In this document: in pieces, positions 1 through 8,947 of the stretch
Layout of the letters: each line of letters begins with the position of its first letter
Numbering within the stretch: position 1 is the first letter of the stretch
Assembly: GCA_965230935.1 (NCBI GenBank)
Contig: OZ246400.1
Location: 438,359 to 502,358 of the forward strand
Direction: 5' to 3'
Origin: an uncultured Gammaproteobacteria bacterium
GTDB lineage: Bacteria; Patescibacteriota; Patescibacteriia; Magasanikbacterales; JBBTQS01
Length of the DNA stretch: 64,000 nt
Notes under the pieces: model-generated
The model's database searches: none
Seen by the model: the letters and a program-made list of their open reading frames with translations, nothing else
What the model was told of the DNA's origin: nothing
Translations under genes and position numbers: made by a program

Positions 1-330
1 GTCCAGCCACCACCAGGCGTTGTACCCGATGACGTTGCGACGCCACCAGATGATCACTTCGGTTTCCGACTGGCGAAACCACGGGATGTTACCTTGGAGC
101 AGCTTCAAAACGCACAAAACTGCCAACGCCAGGCTGAGCACCAGGTACAGGCTGAGCGTCACCAGCAGGAAGCCGGAGAACACATCTGCGCCCTCAAGGT
201 GCAAGTAATGGCCTGCCCAAATCGGTGACACGACATGGAAAAACCCCAGCACCAATCCCACCAAACGCACTCCCAGCCACGGAATCGGCCGGTACTGCTG
301 CAGCTTTGCAAGCTGATCTTTGCTCGTCAT
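1..330 (-). CDS. Partial CDS (N-terminal part; gene continues past window start): multi-TM membrane protein, high-GC (about 58-60%) unlike surroundings
   Basis: ATG at 330..328 (rc) preceded by AGGAGG 6 nt upstream; translation MTSKDQLAKLQQYRPIPWLGVRLVGLVLGFF... hydrophobic; open to window edge. The listed + strand ORFs 20..208 and 225..419 are antisense to it. Confidence 0.45.
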   Translation of the reverse strand, partial: MTSKDQLAKLQQYRPIPWLGVRLVGLVLGFFHVVSPIWAGHYLHLEGADVFSGFLLVTLSLYLVLSLALAVLCVLKLLQGNIPWFRQSETEVIIWWRRNVIGYNAWWWLD

Positions 331-444
331 ACCGGCCTCCTTTGGCTCAAGTAACGTCAATGAACATAGGCGCAAGCGCCCACACCAGAGAATCTGGTGT
401 ACAGGCTTTTGTACCATAGCATCAATATCCTGTCAACACAGGCT

Positions 445-472
445 TGACGAGCTGAGCACGACACGATATACT
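445..472 (+). promoter_or_regulatory. Sigma70-like promoter TTGACG-16nt-TATACT; predicted TSS lies only a few nt before the nrnA ATG (near-leaderless)
   Basis: TTGACG at 445..450, TATACT at 467..472, ATG at 481. Confidence 0.4.
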
Positions 473-480
473 ACATCGCT

Positions 481-1503
481 ATGCATAGACTAGCTGAAAA
501 AATTAATGAACACCTAGATACACGTGCCAAACACGTGTTGTTAGTGTCGCATCCTCGTCCTGATGGCGACACCTTGAGCGCGGCCTGCGCGTTTATGCAA
601 TATTTAAAGACGATCAACACGCAACATCTGCCGTTTTGTACTACGCCAATTTCAGCTGAATTTTTGTTTTTGCCAGAAGCGCACAAAGTAACATTTGATA
701 CAAATATTTTTGAAGAGCATGAATTTGACACGATTTGTGTGTTCGACACCGGTGACCTTAAATATGCTGGCATCGAAGAAATTTTAGAGAAACTTCCGTA
801 CAAGCCGGTAATCATCAATTTTGATCATCATCTGACCAACACCAACTATGGTGATTACAACTTTGTCATTCCCACGGCCGCCTCAACCACTGAAGTGCTC
901 TATACCTACTTCAATCACATCGGTGTTCATATTGATGAACCAACAGCAACGTGTTTGCTTACCGGCCTCATCACTGACACGGGCAACTTTTCAAACCAAG
1001 CAACCACCACTGAGAGTGTTGGGATTGCCGCAGATCTTCTACGTCGTGGCGCGCGGTTTGATACAATCTTAAATAAAACATTTCGCAATAAAAGTGTGCG
1101 CGGCTTGCACATTTGGGGAACTATGCTTTCCCGACTCACGCGCAACGAAGAACATGACATTAGCTATACCTACGTCACGCGCGAGGACTTGCGAGAAGCA
1201 CAAGTTGGTGATGAAGAAATTGACGGTCTGTCTAACTTTTTAAACTCCCTAGGAGAAGGGAAAGCAATTTTGGTTATGCGAGAGATGGAAGACGGAAGTG
1301 TCAAAGGAAGTATGCGAACCACACATGATGACGTTGATGTAAGTGCATGGGCAGTTAAACTTGGTGGAGGCGGACACAAGAAAGCCGCCGGTTTTACCAT
1401 TGCCAATGCGCGAATTGCCACTAGCGATGATGCATGGAATCTGTTTGCCCCGGCATTGACTGACACCACAACTAGCGAAAATGGACAAAGTGCGGTAGAG
1501 TAA
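481..1503 (+). CDS. nrnA: DHH/DHHA1 family phosphoesterase, NrnA-like bifunctional oligoribonuclease/pAp phosphatase
   Basis: [16 protein letters not shown] motif, C-terminal GGGGH (DHHA1) motif; 340 aa. Confidence 0.75.
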   Translation: MHRLAEKINEHLDTRAKHVLLVSHPRPDGDTLSAACAFMQYLKTINTQHLPFCTTPISAEFLFLPEAHKVTFDTNIFEEHEFDTICVFDTGDLKYAGIEEILEKLPYKPVIINFDHHLTNTNYGDYNFVIPTAASTTEVLYTYFNHIGVHIDEPTATCLLTGLITDTGNFSNQATTTESVGIAADLLRRGARFDTILNKTFRNKSVRGLHIWGTMLSRLTRNEEHDISYTYVTREDLREAQVGDEEIDGLSNFLNSLGEGKAILVMREMEDGSVKGSMRTTHDDVDVSAWAVKLGGGGHKKAAGFTIANARIATSDDAWNLFAPALTDTTTSENGQSAVE

Positions 1504-1516
1504 ATTTGTATCTATA

Positions 1517-2116
1517 TTGCATATGACAGAAACCAAATCACAACTCCTTATCCCAACAGTGATCGAAAAAACACACCATGGTGAGCGTGCATACGATATT
1601 TACTCACGACTACTTAAAGATCGAATCATCTTTTTAGGTACGGCAATTAACGACACCGTAGCGAACACCGTGATCGCGCAATTACTCTTCTTGGATTCGC
1701 AAGATAAAACCCAAGATATTAAACTCTATATCAATTCTCCCGGAGGATCGGTAACTTCTGGTATGGCAATCTATGACACCATGCAATATATTAAAGCCGA
1801 TGTCTCAACTATCTGTATTGGAATGGCAGCCAGCATGTCTGCAACGCTTTTGGCCGCTGGACATAAAGGCAAGCGGTTTATCCTGCCCAATGCTGAGGTG
1901 ATGATTCACCAGGTATTAGGGGGCGCAGAAGGACAAGCAAGTGATATTAAAATCCATGCTGAGCGAATTATTCGCATGAAAGAGCATTTGAACCAAATTT
2001 TGGCTGATTTGACCGGTCAGCAGCTTACTAAAGTGCAGCAAGACACTGACCGAGACAACTTTATGAGCGCTCAGGAGGCAGTGGACTACGGGCTGGTTGA
2101 TAGCATTATTTCTTAG
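1517..2116 (+). CDS. clpP: ATP-dependent Clp protease proteolytic subunit ClpP
   Basis: [19 protein letters not shown], catalytic Ser (GMAASM) and His (MIHQ) context; 199 aa (alternative start at 1523). Confidence 0.9.
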   Translation: MHMTETKSQLLIPTVIEKTHHGERAYDIYSRLLKDRIIFLGTAINDTVANTVIAQLLFLDSQDKTQDIKLYINSPGGSVTSGMAIYDTMQYIKADVSTICIGMAASMSATLLAAGHKGKRFILPNAEVMIHQVLGGAEGQASDIKIHAERIIRMKEHLNQILADLTGQQLTKVQQDTDRDNFMSAQEAVDYGLVDSIIS

Positions 2117-2146
2117 ATTTTTCCCTGATTTTGCGGTATTCTTGAC

Positions 2147-2169
2147 AAAAAAATACTACCATGGTAGTA
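2147..2169 (-). terminator. Hairpin (16-bp perfect palindrome TACTACCATGGTAGTA) followed on the minus strand by a U-run; possible terminator in the convergent clpP/VanW-like intergenic region
   Basis: a-run 2147..2153 then palindrome 2154..2169; also overlaps a TTGACA-17-TAGTAT promoter-like arrangement on the + strand. Confidence 0.3.
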
Positions 2170-2319
2170 TGTATCTTCGTAATGCCACTTGGTATCTGCG
2201 TCCACGACAAGCATGGAGATAAATTCTTGGGTGTTTATCTGGCTCCGGCTGGATCCCTCCAAAAATATGTCTTCTTGGGCGCAGGTACTTAGTGGTATTT
2301 TTATTCCTGTTGACGGCTG

Positions 2320-4374
2320 TTAGTCATCTGATTCATTGTCAGACTCAGCGGAATCGTCAGATGACTGATAGGCACTCGGCGGGTCAAGCAAGTCAATCAG
2401 CTCTTGATCAAGAAGTTTTTTTGCTTGTTCTTCTGCCTGGTCTTCTTCAGTAATACCCACAAAACAGATCTTTGGGAGCGGACGATACCGCGATTCATAC
2501 ACGGTCTCATCAAGAGTGCCATCAGCTTGCTCCACGGTGTAGGTAAAACTGGTTACTGCTCCTTGATACGCATGCTGACATTCACGAGTGCCTGGTGCTT
2601 GATCAGTAGTTTTGATCTCCTTTTCCGGTCCTGCCCCAATCCACTTATGGACGACCGGTGGCGTGTAATACCCTTTGCGCCCATCACTTGTCCCCCACAA
2701 AAAATATCGTAACTCACGATTCGGTACGTCAACTTCGGTAGTCATGAGCACATGGTTTGGGGTATCGTTTTTAAACTTAAAATCCAACACCGGATCATAA
2801 ATCGTCGCATCAGTTCCGGGATTACCGTTGGTGAGGTCATTATAATAACTCACTACTAATGAGTGATTGTGCCGCTCCACCACCTCCATACCAGAGTTCA
2901 TTGCCATGCGAAATGAGGTGGTTCCAATCTGACACAATCCTCCACCAACGCCCTTTTCAATCTTGTCTCCTTTGATAATGAGCTCCGGCACATATCCGTT
3001 CTCGCGAGTGATTGGACGAATAAGTGAGACCAATGAAAAAACATCTCCCGGAGCAATCAGTACGCCGTTAAGTTTGGTACTTGCATTTTTAATATTACTG
3101 ATTCGATCAGATGAGCTGCCGACAAATCGAGAAATCCCCGTACCAAGCAACTCTTGAATCCCGAGACTGTTAACATCAGCGGTCTTAATGTGTGGTTCGC
3201 TAACCTCATGCGCCAATGGCACAGCAACTTCAGCAACCCCCTCACCAATAGTGGCTATTGCGAGTCGTTGGTTCATAAATTCGATAACACTATCATAATC
3301 AACCGCGACACCATTGCGGCTTGGTTGAAACTGCTGTGCACGCGAACCATCAGCACTCACACTAAATTTTGCTTCTTGCGGGAGCACTTCAACCGTTGAT
3401 GCGATCGGTTCAAGATATGCTGTAAACTTCTCAGACTCTACACCAAAACGCACGGTATTATCCTCAAGTTTTTGAAACCCAATCCACTGTTTAACATCTT
3501 CTTCGGAAATATCCCATGAAAGTTCTTTACGGATAAAGATGCTATCTTTTTGTGGAATATATTGAATAGTGCTCGGGAACTGTAGTTTGGCTTGTGCATA
3601 CTGGTCCAGTACTTCGCGCGCATCTCGCGCGGTAATCTGCGGCCGGACGACAACGCGCGGCACCTCGATTGGCGCCATGACAAGTTGTTCTAATTGGTCT
3701 TTAGCCACCATAATCGCTGCACCATAATCAAACTCCTCACCAACCTGTTCTAAAACCATGGTTGGCATGTCCGGTGTACTGGTACTAAATACTATCCCGG
3801 CATTACGCATTGGTGTTTGGTATTGTCCAAGATTTACATCAAGCACATCTTCAAACTCCTCCTCAAGCACAATAGTGGACGCGCGTATATGCTTTGGCAC
3901 AAATCGAAGTCGAACTGCATCAACAGCATTTCGCATTGCGTTACCATGACGACCATACTCTAACGCGCGATCAATCGTATCTTCCACATCAATTGACGCA
4001 AAACTAAATGACTGGCCAAGCACCTGGGTATAGACAAGCGGCAATGTTACAAACTTACGATGAGTACCTTGATCATCTTCAAACAAGAACGTAAACCCTT
4101 CCTCAGCGAGCTGAGTATCTTTGCTTTCCAAAAAACTTTGCAACTCGTCCTGCGTTAATCCACCAACATGGTGCTCACCGACGTATACTCCAGGCAACAC
4201 GCGAGCAACACCCTCACTATCAGTAAACTGCGCAACATAGACAAACGGCGCACCTAACAATACCCCTAAGACGACAATGAGAACGGCGCCAGCCAAAAAA
4301 TATCGCCAATGGTTTTTGGGGAGCGTAATGACTTCTTCGATCTTTTCTTCTAAAAAATTTTGGGTGTCCGCCAT
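2320..4374 (-). CDS. VanW-domain protein with N-terminal TM anchor and acidic C-terminal tail
   Basis: N-terminal TM (YFLAGAVLIVVLGVLLGAPFVYV); C-terminal GGGLCQIGTTSFRMAMNSGMEVVERHNHS matches VanW-domain core; 684 aa. Confidence 0.5.
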   Translation of the reverse strand: MADTQNFLEEKIEEVITLPKNHWRYFLAGAVLIVVLGVLLGAPFVYVAQFTDSEGVARVLPGVYVGEHHVGGLTQDELQSFLESKDTQLAEEGFTFLFEDDQGTHRKFVTLPLVYTQVLGQSFSFASIDVEDTIDRALEYGRHGNAMRNAVDAVRLRFVPKHIRASTIVLEEEFEDVLDVNLGQYQTPMRNAGIVFSTSTPDMPTMVLEQVGEEFDYGAAIMVAKDQLEQLVMAPIEVPRVVVRPQITARDAREVLDQYAQAKLQFPSTIQYIPQKDSIFIRKELSWDISEEDVKQWIGFQKLEDNTVRFGVESEKFTAYLEPIASTVEVLPQEAKFSVSADGSRAQQFQPSRNGVAVDYDSVIEFMNQRLAIATIGEGVAEVAVPLAHEVSEPHIKTADVNSLGIQELLGTGISRFVGSSSDRISNIKNASTKLNGVLIAPGDVFSLVSLIRPITRENGYVPELIIKGDKIEKGVGGGLCQIGTTSFRMAMNSGMEVVERHNHSLVVSYYNDLTNGNPGTDATIYDPVLDFKFKNDTPNHVLMTTEVDVPNRELRYFLWGTSDGRKGYYTPPVVHKWIGAGPEKEIKTTDQAPGTRECQHAYQGAVTSFTYTVEQADGTLDETVYESRYRPLPKICFVGITEEDQAEEQAKKLLDQELIDLLDPPSAYQSSDDSAESDNESDD

Positions 4375-4376
4375 AG

Positions 4377-4805
4377 CTATTCATCAACTACTTCAATCGA
4401 GATTGCAGTCGTTGTTTTGGTCTTGGGAATGGTAATTGTGAGAATCCCGTCCTTCATCTTTGCCTTTGCTTTTTCTTTGTGCACCTCGACGGGCAAGATG
4501 ATACTTCGTGAAAATGCACCCCAATAACATTCTTGATAGAAATAATCTTCTGCGGAAAACTTTTGATCGCTATTGCGCGCACCACGGACAGTGAGCACAT
4601 CATGATCAATACTAATGTGAATATCTTCTACCCGTACTCCGGCAATAGCAGCAACGATCACCAAATCTTTTTTGGTCTGCGCCACATCAACCGCCAATTC
4701 GCCTTCTGGTCCAAAATAATCCCAACTAAAAGTATCTGGCGCCTGAGTTGACGCTGATTTTTTCGTACGCGCTTTTGCGCTTTTTCTCGTCAGAGCCTTT
4801 GGCAT
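4377..4805 (-). CDS. Hsp20/alpha-crystallin family small heat shock protein
   Basis: ELAVDVAQTKKDLVIVAAIAGVRVEDIHISIDHDVLTVRG ... DGILTITIPK typical ACD; start reassigned to MPKALTRK (ATG 4805..4803). Confidence 0.8.
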   Translation of the reverse strand: MPKALTRKSAKARTKKSASTQAPDTFSWDYFGPEGELAVDVAQTKKDLVIVAAIAGVRVEDIHISIDHDVLTVRGARNSDQKFSAEDYFYQECYWGAFSRSIILPVEVHKEKAKAKMKDGILTITIPKTKTTTAISIEVVDE

Positions 4806-4845
4806 ACGTAGTATTAGTATACGGTGAAATGATACGTACGTAAAG

Positions 4846-4876
4846 CAAAAACACCTCCATCCGGAGGTGTTTTTTA
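4846..4876 (-). terminator. Rho-independent terminator (ACACCTCC-ATCC-GGAGGTGT hairpin flanked by A-run and T-run, bidirectional in form) downstream of the small Cys-rich gene
   Basis: perfect 8-bp stem 4851..4858 / 4863..4870, T-run 4871..4875, A-run 4847..4850. Confidence 0.55.
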
Positions 4877-4889
4877 CAGACAAGACGGT

Positions 4890-5117
4890 TTATTTGCCAC
4901 CGCATGGGCATACGCCAGAACTTTTGCTCACTGCTAAAGTTAAACTAAAGAGAAACAACATTACTGAACTTGAAAACAACTCTTCCCCCATCATACCGAG
5001 AAATGTTGCATCAGACGCCACCCAATAGCCAATCATCGTGATAAATCCCAACAACAATGCGATAGATGAGAGCCAGCATTTAAGTGCGCCACAACTTCCT
5101 GAACAACTATTTTTCAT
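4890..5117 (-). CDS. Small (75 aa) two-TM membrane peptide with Cys clusters at both ends (CSGSCGALKC ... CPCGG)
   Basis: ATG at 5117 preceded by GGAGGTG SD (ORF-track GTG start 5126 rejected); followed by strong terminator. Confidence 0.45.
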   Translation of the reverse strand: MKNSCSGSCGALKCWLSSIALLLGFITMIGYWVASDATFLGMMGEELFSSSVMLFLFSLTLAVSKSSGVCPCGGK

Positions 5118-5140
5118 ATCGGTCACCTCCTTTCAAAAAA

Positions 5141-6106
5141 TTAAAATACATTAAACAACTTTCCAAGGAAAATTCCATAAAACACCACCAACAACATTCC
5201 CTCGGGCTTAGTCACTTCCCCATCGTCAAGTACGATCCAATACAATGCGACAGTCCCCAACAAGAAAGCCATAAACAATGCGAAAATTTCTTGCCCAATG
5301 TACAACGTCCCAAATAGACCTGCGATTCCACCGCCAGCGAAAATGTTAAACACGTTTGAACCCAAAATATTTCCGGCAAGTAACTCGAATTTACCTTTGC
5401 GTGCCGTAACAACCGTAACCATAATTTCCGGCAGTGACGTACCAATCGCAACTGCAGAGGCAGCAAGCACGGCAGTGCCCAACCCTAAAAGATCAGCGAT
5501 ACTAATGACTGAGTTCACCAAGAGCTTTGAAGAAGCAATGATTCCGATAAGGTTTAATAGGATGATGAAAAAAATCTTGGGCAAATCTTTGCGATTTCCA
5601 CATGCCTTAGCAGGAATTTTGCGACCATTTACCGGAGCGCGTTTGTGGGCAATTGCACTGTAGGCAAAATAGGTTACCAAACCAAATACCAAAATAAGTG
5701 ATTCAAAAATGTTTATCTTCCCATCTGACGCCATAGCTCCCATGATAAGAAGTGCGGCAACGAAAATGGGAAAGTCTTTAAAAAATACTTTTTTGTCTGC
5801 GGTCACCAATTGCTTTGCAGCAAAGGAAGCAAAACCAAGCCCAAGTAAAATATTAGTAATAGCGCTTCCGAAAATGTCACTAATGACAATTTCACTTTCA
5901 TTACTGATTACTGCCATGATTGAGGTAAATAACTCTGGCAACGATGTCCCAACGGCCACAATAACTACACCGACCAAAAATGCCGGCATGCACAAAATTT
6001 TACCGGCGCGTTCTGCAAATTCAGTGAACCAATCCGCTGTCTTAATTAAGACATACATTGATACACTAAAAATAACGATGTTGATCACTAAGAGTTCTGT
6101 CGGCAT
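5141..6106 (-). CDS. CaCA family Na+/Ca2+ exchanger (YrbG-like), paralog 1
   Basis: two internal repeats each with GTSLPE(L/I) alpha-repeat motif; about 10 TM; 321 aa. Confidence 0.7.
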   Translation of the reverse strand: MPTELLVINIVIFSVSMYVLIKTADWFTEFAERAGKILCMPAFLVGVVIVAVGTSLPELFTSIMAVISNESEIVISDIFGSAITNILLGLGFASFAAKQLVTADKKVFFKDFPIFVAALLIMGAMASDGKINIFESLILVFGLVTYFAYSAIAHKRAPVNGRKIPAKACGNRKDLPKIFFIILLNLIGIIASSKLLVNSVISIADLLGLGTAVLAASAVAIGTSLPEIMVTVVTARKGKFELLAGNILGSNVFNIFAGGGIAGLFGTLYIGQEIFALFMAFLLGTVALYWIVLDDGEVTKPEGMLLVVFYGIFLGKLFNVF

Positions 6107-6112
6107 AGATAA

Positions 6113-7075
6113 TTAAAACAACTCGAACAATTTACCAATGAACACAACGTATACGAGTACCAAAAATCCTCCTTCAGCACGAGTAATTTTTCCATCTTTG
6201 AGAATCACCCAATAGAGGAAGTTTACGGCAATTAAGAATGGCAACAAAATCCACAATAGTCCGGGTTCAATAGTCACTGTGCCGATCAAACCAGAAATTG
6301 CGGCAACACCTACAATATTGAACACGTTTGAACCAATAATGTTTCCGGCCAATAACTCAAACTTACCTTTACGAGCCGCAGACGCCGCGACCATAATTTC
6401 GGGAAGTGACGTACCAAGCGCAATGATCGATGCAGCAAGTGCTGCAGTACCAAGGTTCAGTAGTTCAGCAATATTAATTACCGAGTCAACAACATACTTT
6501 GATGCAAGAAATACCCCGACCAAACTCAATAAGGTAAAAAAGATGGTACTGGCCCATGGTTTTTTCCCAGCAGCGATGGGTTTTTTCTTTTTGAGTTTGG
6601 TTGGTGCCTCTTCAGCTTCTTTGTGTGTATGAGCGCTGGCGAAAAAGTACAAAATCAACCCGATAATCAAAATAAGAGACTCAATGCGATTGAGACTTCC
6701 GTCAAGCAACATGAACGTGAACATCAAGATTGCCGCAACAAATACCGGGAAGTCCAAAAAGAAAATGTCGACTTTTGTGGTAATGATTTTTTTCGCAACA
6801 ATTGCTGAGATTCCAAGACCAAGCAAGATATTGGTGATATCAGATCCAAATACGTTACCAAGCACAATCGCACCTTCACCGGAAAGCACGGCTAAAATGG
6901 ATGTCGCAAGCTCTGGGAGCGAGGTGCCAATCGCAATAATAACAACACCGACCAAAAAAGCCGGCATTTTAAGCATGAGACCTAAACGCTCTGCGTATTC
7001 AGTAAACCAATCTGCACTTTTAACCAAAAAGTACGTGGCGATAACAAATACAACGATCCAAGTAATAAGGGTCAT
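6113..7075 (-). CDS. CaCA family Na+/Ca2+ exchanger, paralog 2 (tandem duplicate)
   Basis: GTSLPELATS and GTSLPEIMVA motifs; start moved to MTLITWIVVF (7075) to align with paralog 1 N-terminus. Confidence 0.65.
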   Translation of the reverse strand: MTLITWIVVFVIATYFLVKSADWFTEYAERLGLMLKMPAFLVGVVIIAIGTSLPELATSILAVLSGEGAIVLGNVFGSDITNILLGLGISAIVAKKIITTKVDIFFLDFPVFVAAILMFTFMLLDGSLNRIESLILIIGLILYFFASAHTHKEAEEAPTKLKKKKPIAAGKKPWASTIFFTLLSLVGVFLASKYVVDSVINIAELLNLGTAALAASIIALGTSLPEIMVAASAARKGKFELLAGNIIGSNVFNIVGVAAISGLIGTVTIEPGLLWILLPFLIAVNFLYWVILKDGKITRAEGGFLVLVYVVFIGKLFELF

Positions 7076-7129
7076 ATGAACTGTAAAAAGTATATCATAT
7101 TGTTGACAAACAGCCCACATTGGAGTAGG

Positions 7130-7290
7130 CTACACGTTACCGAACACGGCCTCTTGCCGTGGGGTGTGACGCGCCGGCAGGCGTGAAGGAGGAGAAGCCA
7201 TGGGCACCCCCCATGACGAGCATGCGCAGGAGCGCATCGCTCACAACTGCGGTTTGACCGTAGTCACGACGGCGTACCAGCGCGGTCTTT
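7130..7290 (+). other. Short high-GC patch carrying a strong SD (GAAGGAGGAG) plus ATG (7200) and about 29 high-GC codons that then run into host-like AT-rich DNA; likely remnant 5' end of an acquired gene
   Basis: local GC clearly above flanks; ORF 7200..7400 begins MGTPHDEHAQERIAHNCGLTVVTTAYQRG in GC-rich DNA then continues in AT-rich sequence. Confidence 0.3.
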
Positions 7291-7316
7291 GCATTTTAAG
7301 CATGATTCTGTATGAT
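7289..7316 (+). promoter_or_regulatory. Sigma70-like promoter TTGCAT-16-TATGAT upstream of 7348 gene
   Basis: hexamers at 7289..7294 and 7311..7316. Confidence 0.35.
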
Positions 7317-7347
7317 AGTTGCGTAATCTCCTTAGGTTATTTTTGTT

Positions 7348-7791
7348 ATGAAACACGAATGCTCTACCATTTTGATTCATTGTATGGATTTTCGATTTGA
7401 ACCGGCGATTCACGAATTTATCAAAAAAGAAAATTTATTTTGTGACGCAGATATTGTTGCGGTCGCCGGTGCATCTAAAAATCTTGTCGATGGCGAAAAT
7501 GACGCTGAAAAAGGATATATCATGAAACAAATCGGATTATCTGACAAACTGCACCACATCCGACGAGTAATTTTGATGAACCACATGGACTGCGGTGGAT
7601 ATGGTGGTCATGGGGCATTTGAGTCTCTTGATGCCGAACGCGAAAAACACGCAACCGATATGGCTACTGCTGCAAAAGTGGTTCAGCAGACCCACCCTGA
7701 CCTCGCTGTCGAGCAAGTTCTTGCGCATATTGATGATGATGGCAAAGTCACGTTTGAGAAAATCGCAATACGTGAGGTTACGGCAACGTAA
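7348..7791 (+). CDS. Small protein with beta-carbonic-anhydrase-like metal-site motifs (CxDxR ... HxxCG)
   Basis: HCMDFR (Cys/Asp/Arg) and HMDCGGYGG (His/Cys) with beta-CA-like spacing; only 147 aa so assignment tentative. Confidence 0.35.
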   Translation: MKHECSTILIHCMDFRFEPAIHEFIKKENLFCDADIVAVAGASKNLVDGENDAEKGYIMKQIGLSDKLHHIRRVILMNHMDCGGYGGHGAFESLDAEREKHATDMATAAKVVQQTHPDLAVEQVLAHIDDDGKVTFEKIAIREVTAT

Positions 7792-7842
7792 TAGTAAAAA
7801 TTGACAAAGCAGCATAAAATCTCTACAATAGTGCTGCTAATC

Positions 7843-7914
7843 GCCGCCATCGTCTAGTGGTTAGGACATCAGGTTTTCATCCTGGGAACAGGGGTTCGAT
7901 TCCCCTTGGCGGTA
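7843..7914 (+). tRNA. tRNA-Glu (anticodon TTC)
   Basis: cloverleaf folds by hand: acceptor GCCGCCA/TGGCGGT, D-arm GTCT/GGAC, anticodon stem TCAGG/CCTGG with loop TTTTCAT, T-arm AGGGG-TTCGATT-CCCCT. Confidence 0.85.
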
Positions 7915-7916
7915 CA

Positions 7917-8945
7917 ATGAACATTCTTGGCATTGAAACATCCTGTGATGACACATCCGTAGCACTTGTGTCGCGAGCACAAGATCATTTTGTGGTCCAC
8001 AAGATGATGACGGCATCACAGGTTGATATTCACAAACAATACGGGGGTGTGGTCCCGGAAATCGCCGGACGTGAACATGCAAATAATATTGTTCCCGTAC
8101 TACGCGAGGTGCTGGATCATGCGACCCAACATGATCTTGCACTTGATGCAATTGCCGTAACTGCCGGACCAGGTCTTATCACCAGTTTGGTAGTTGGTGT
8201 TGAAACCGCAAAAGGATTGTCACTTGGATGGGATATCCCTATCGTGCGCACAAACCATATTGAAGGACATATCTACTCTGCGCTCCTCGGCGAACACGCA
8301 CCAGCCGATATTCCCTTTCCAGCTATTGCGCTTGTGGTCTCTGGTGGTCATACCGAGATCATCTTAATGAAAGACCATGGTGTCTATGAGCTCATTGGAA
8401 AAACTCGTGATGATGCAGCGGGTGAGTGTTTTGATAAAGTTGGCAAACTTCTTGGCTTTAGTTATCCTGGCGGGCCGCAAATCTCCCAGGCCGCTGTACA
8501 AGGAAATGGCCAAGCAATCTCCCTTCCACGCCCAATGATCAAAGATGATAATTATGAATTTAGTTTTGCCGGCCTTAAAACTGCTGCGCGTTACCATCTT
8601 GAAAAGAATCCAATTGAGAACGAGAGTCAAAAACATGATTTCTGTGCCAGTTTTGAACAAGCGATTGTTGATGTTCTTGTCGCAAAAACCATCCGAGCTG
8701 CAATACAATATAACGCAGCTGCCATCCTGCTTTCTGGTGGCGTCAGTGCGAATGGTCTTTTACGCGACACACTTTCTCAAGCGACACAAGAACTTCCTCA
8801 CACCCAAATCCTCATCCCGGAAATGAAATACACTACTGACAACGCGGCCATGATTGCCGCAGCAGGATATTTTCATGCAAGCAAAAAAGAGTTTTCCTCA
8901 TGGGAAAACCTCTCTGCTGATCCAGCATGGGAGCTGGTGAACTAG
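7917..8945 (+). CDS. tsaD: tRNA N6-adenosine threonylcarbamoyltransferase TsaD (Kae1/Gcp)
   Basis: MNILGIETSCDDTSVALV N-terminus; start reassigned to ATG 7917 (listed ORF 7857 overlaps tRNA-Glu). Confidence 0.85.
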   Translation: MNILGIETSCDDTSVALVSRAQDHFVVHKMMTASQVDIHKQYGGVVPEIAGREHANNIVPVLREVLDHATQHDLALDAIAVTAGPGLITSLVVGVETAKGLSLGWDIPIVRTNHIEGHIYSALLGEHAPADIPFPAIALVVSGGHTEIILMKDHGVYELIGKTRDDAAGECFDKVGKLLGFSYPGGPQISQAAVQGNGQAISLPRPMIKDDNYEFSFAGLKTAARYHLEKNPIENESQKHDFCASFEQAIVDVLVAKTIRAAIQYNAAAILLSGGVSANGLLRDTLSQATQELPHTQILIPEMKYTTDNAAMIAAAGYFHASKKEFSSWENLSADPAWELVN

Positions 8946-8947
8946 TG

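Noticed and set aside
20-419. ORFs 20..208 and 225..419 on + strand at window start
   Set aside because: Antisense to a minus-strand partial gene that has an AGGAGG SD and membrane-protein translation
2176-2320. Possible small RNA in the convergent clpP/VanW-like intergenic region
   Set aside because: A promoter-like TTGACA-17-TAGTAT and palindrome exist, but no recognisable ncRNA family (SRP, 6S, RNase P, tmRNA motifs absent); left as terminator/palindrome only
7857-7916. N-terminal extension of the tsaD ORF (listed start 7857) overlapping tRNA-Glu
   Set aside because: The extension lies inside the tRNA gene; canonical Kae1/TsaD N-terminus MNILGIETSCDD begins at ATG 7917
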